Part shown: positions 62,316 to 64,000 of the stretch, piece after piece
Layout: the number at the start of each line of letters is the position of its first letter
Numbering within the stretch: position 1 is the first letter of the stretch
NCBI RefSeq assembly: GCF_009834535.1
Contig: NC_045696.1
Coordinates: 69,380,001 to 69,444,000 of the forward strand
Reading direction: 5' to 3'
DNA: 64,000 bases
Source of the DNA: Camelus ferus
Taxonomy: Eukaryota
The notes under the pieces: model-generated
The model's database searches: none
What the model was told of the DNA's origin: nothing
The model's input: the letters and a program-made list of their open reading frames with translations, nothing else
Made by a program: the position numbers and the translations under genes

Positions 62316-63009
62316 ATGAAGCCAAGCACTAAGCTACAATGGAACAACAGTGAATAATAGGAGTATTTGTTGAGTTATTGCAACATATACTTCTTTACTG
62401 TGTTGCTCCTTCTCATCTTCAGGAATCTTTTTCCACCCAGCCCATGCCTGCTACAGACACATTAGATGGTCCCATAGTTCCCTGTACATATCTGAACCAC
62501 TGCTCTTACCAGCTTGTGTGTTAATTATTTGTTCGGATGTCTCTCTCCCACGTGGGACCATCAGTTCCTGCAATAGAGAAGTAGAGGATCTGTGTGTTCT
62601 ATGGGAACACAGCTGGGAGAACAGCTTGGTTTGCTCAAAAAGTTCAAAAAAGCTATAGAGAAGGAGTGATCTTTGTATCTGGAGCCAGATGTAGAGTAGT
62701 GGTTTGTTATGGGAAGGAAGGGGTGAAGGGAATTCCAGGTAGATTAAAGTCATGTTGTCAGTCCATTAACTAATGTTTATGAGGTTTTGCCGTGTGCCAA
62801 GTACTTTGCTAGGTGCCAGGAGTAGACAGTAGGTTGATTTGGCTGGAAGGGGGAGCATGTGGGGCAGGAGGTCATTGGAGTAAGGATGGAGAGGAGAGCT
62901 GTACCACAGATCTTCTGGAACTGGCTAAAGAGCCTGCCTTTTAACCTGGAGGCCAAGGGAGGCCTCTGAACGGTTTTTAAGCAAGTAAATGCTGGAGCCA
63001 GGTTTGGTT

Positions 63010-64000
63010 CTAGATGAGGAAGATATCTACGCACAGATATGAACAGATTCATGGGATATACTGTTAAGTGAAAAAAAAAACCATGTATAAAAGACTATCT
63101 ACAATGTGCTACCTTTTGTATGCTGAAGAAGAGGAAGTAAGAAAACATCCCTATATCTGCTCACTGGTGTGAAAATAAACAGGAAGGATAAACCAGAAAC
63201 CATAAGCAGCAGATGGGAACAAGATGGAAAGGAGGGCGATGGGAACAGAGTTAAGGGAATGGGGGAAAGCAAGGCTTCCCTGAAGATACCTTTTTGTATG
63301 GTTCTGAATTTTGAAACCATAGTAATAAAGAATCAGTGGAAATGGAGGAAAAAAAAAACCCTACAGTGAAATACAAACAGGAATGAATGGGAGTAGGAAA
63401 GAACTAACCTAAGAAACTTTTTCAAAATAGTATTTTGAGTATATGCTGTTCGCTGAAGACAAAGGAACTATAAATAAATCTTGAACTCTGTTTTCCACAG
63501 AGATGTAGCTAGCACTTCTGAAACTACTTTCTGTTTATTTTAGGATTGAGAAAATAAGTATATTGTAGATCATGGAAACAGAGCTTGCTGTAGAAGGGAG
63601 TTTAACAATATGGAATGAGAGTAGGCTACAATTGACACTGTAGTGTATGCATATGAACTTGGGGTTTTTAACGATGGATGGTGGGTGGACTGATGGATCA
63701 GTGGATGGATGGATAGAAAGATAGATAGCCAGAGATGACATGTGTGTGTGTGTGTGTGTGTGTGTATGCGTGCATATGCTTCCCAGCTCTGTCCCTGATA
63801 GGGCCTAGAAGCAGTGACACCCCAGTAGCAATGAGCATACCTAGTGCCCAAACCTTGGTTTCAAATACCATTCTCCACTAAAAGGAATTGGCTCTTTGGA
63901 GGAATGACTGACTTCAGGACTAGTACTGAGGAAGTGCAAGATGAGCCTGAATTATTTTGTAGTACCAGAAAATAAAGATGTGATCAAAGAATGATAGGAA
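63010..64000 (+). mobile_element. L1MC-type 3' region, runs off the window
   Basis: CTAGTGCCCAAACCTTGGTTTCAAATACCATTCTCCACTAAAAGGAA...GATGAGCCTG...GTAGTACCAGAAAATAA, with internal (GGAT)n/(GT)n. Confidence 0.8.

Noticed and set aside
1..64000. CRISPR arrays, operons, tRNA/rRNA genes, processed pseudogenes, named host gene
   Set aside because: None is recognisable. The DNA is mammalian intergenic/intronic, and the gene cannot be named without a database search.

Overview
This is mammalian genomic DNA, most likely camelid (Camelus/Vicugna/Lama). That call is an inference from the young L1 3' ends (...GAATATGAAAATGAATATATG...CACCAGAAATTGACAC...ACTATACTTCAATAAA) and the absence of Alu, B1, PRE1, Bov-tA, SINEC and ERE SINEs. 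No intact protein-coding exon is recognisable. The supplied ORFs are chance, low-complexity or GC-rich frames, or decayed L1/L3 coding remnants. One CpG island (~28.75-30.35 kb) looks like the promoter and first exon of a + strand gene, with candidate donors at 29220/1 and 29286/7 and a large repeat-rich first intron after it. I cannot name the gene. The left half is MIR/L2/MLT1/hAT-rich, and 38-56 kb is an L1 cluster. The most notable object is a 3.0-kb ORF2-less (half-L1-like) insertion at 53029-56039 with a perfect 16-bp TSD and an apparent ~130-bp 3' transduction. Also present are a twin-primed L1, a chimeric L1 tail, a prematurely polyadenylated L1, a split ancient L3/CR1, two fold-back templated insertions and an intronic RE1/REST-like site. 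I see no evidence of a new multi-gene biological system. Repeat family names and boundaries come from recognition by eye and are approximate.
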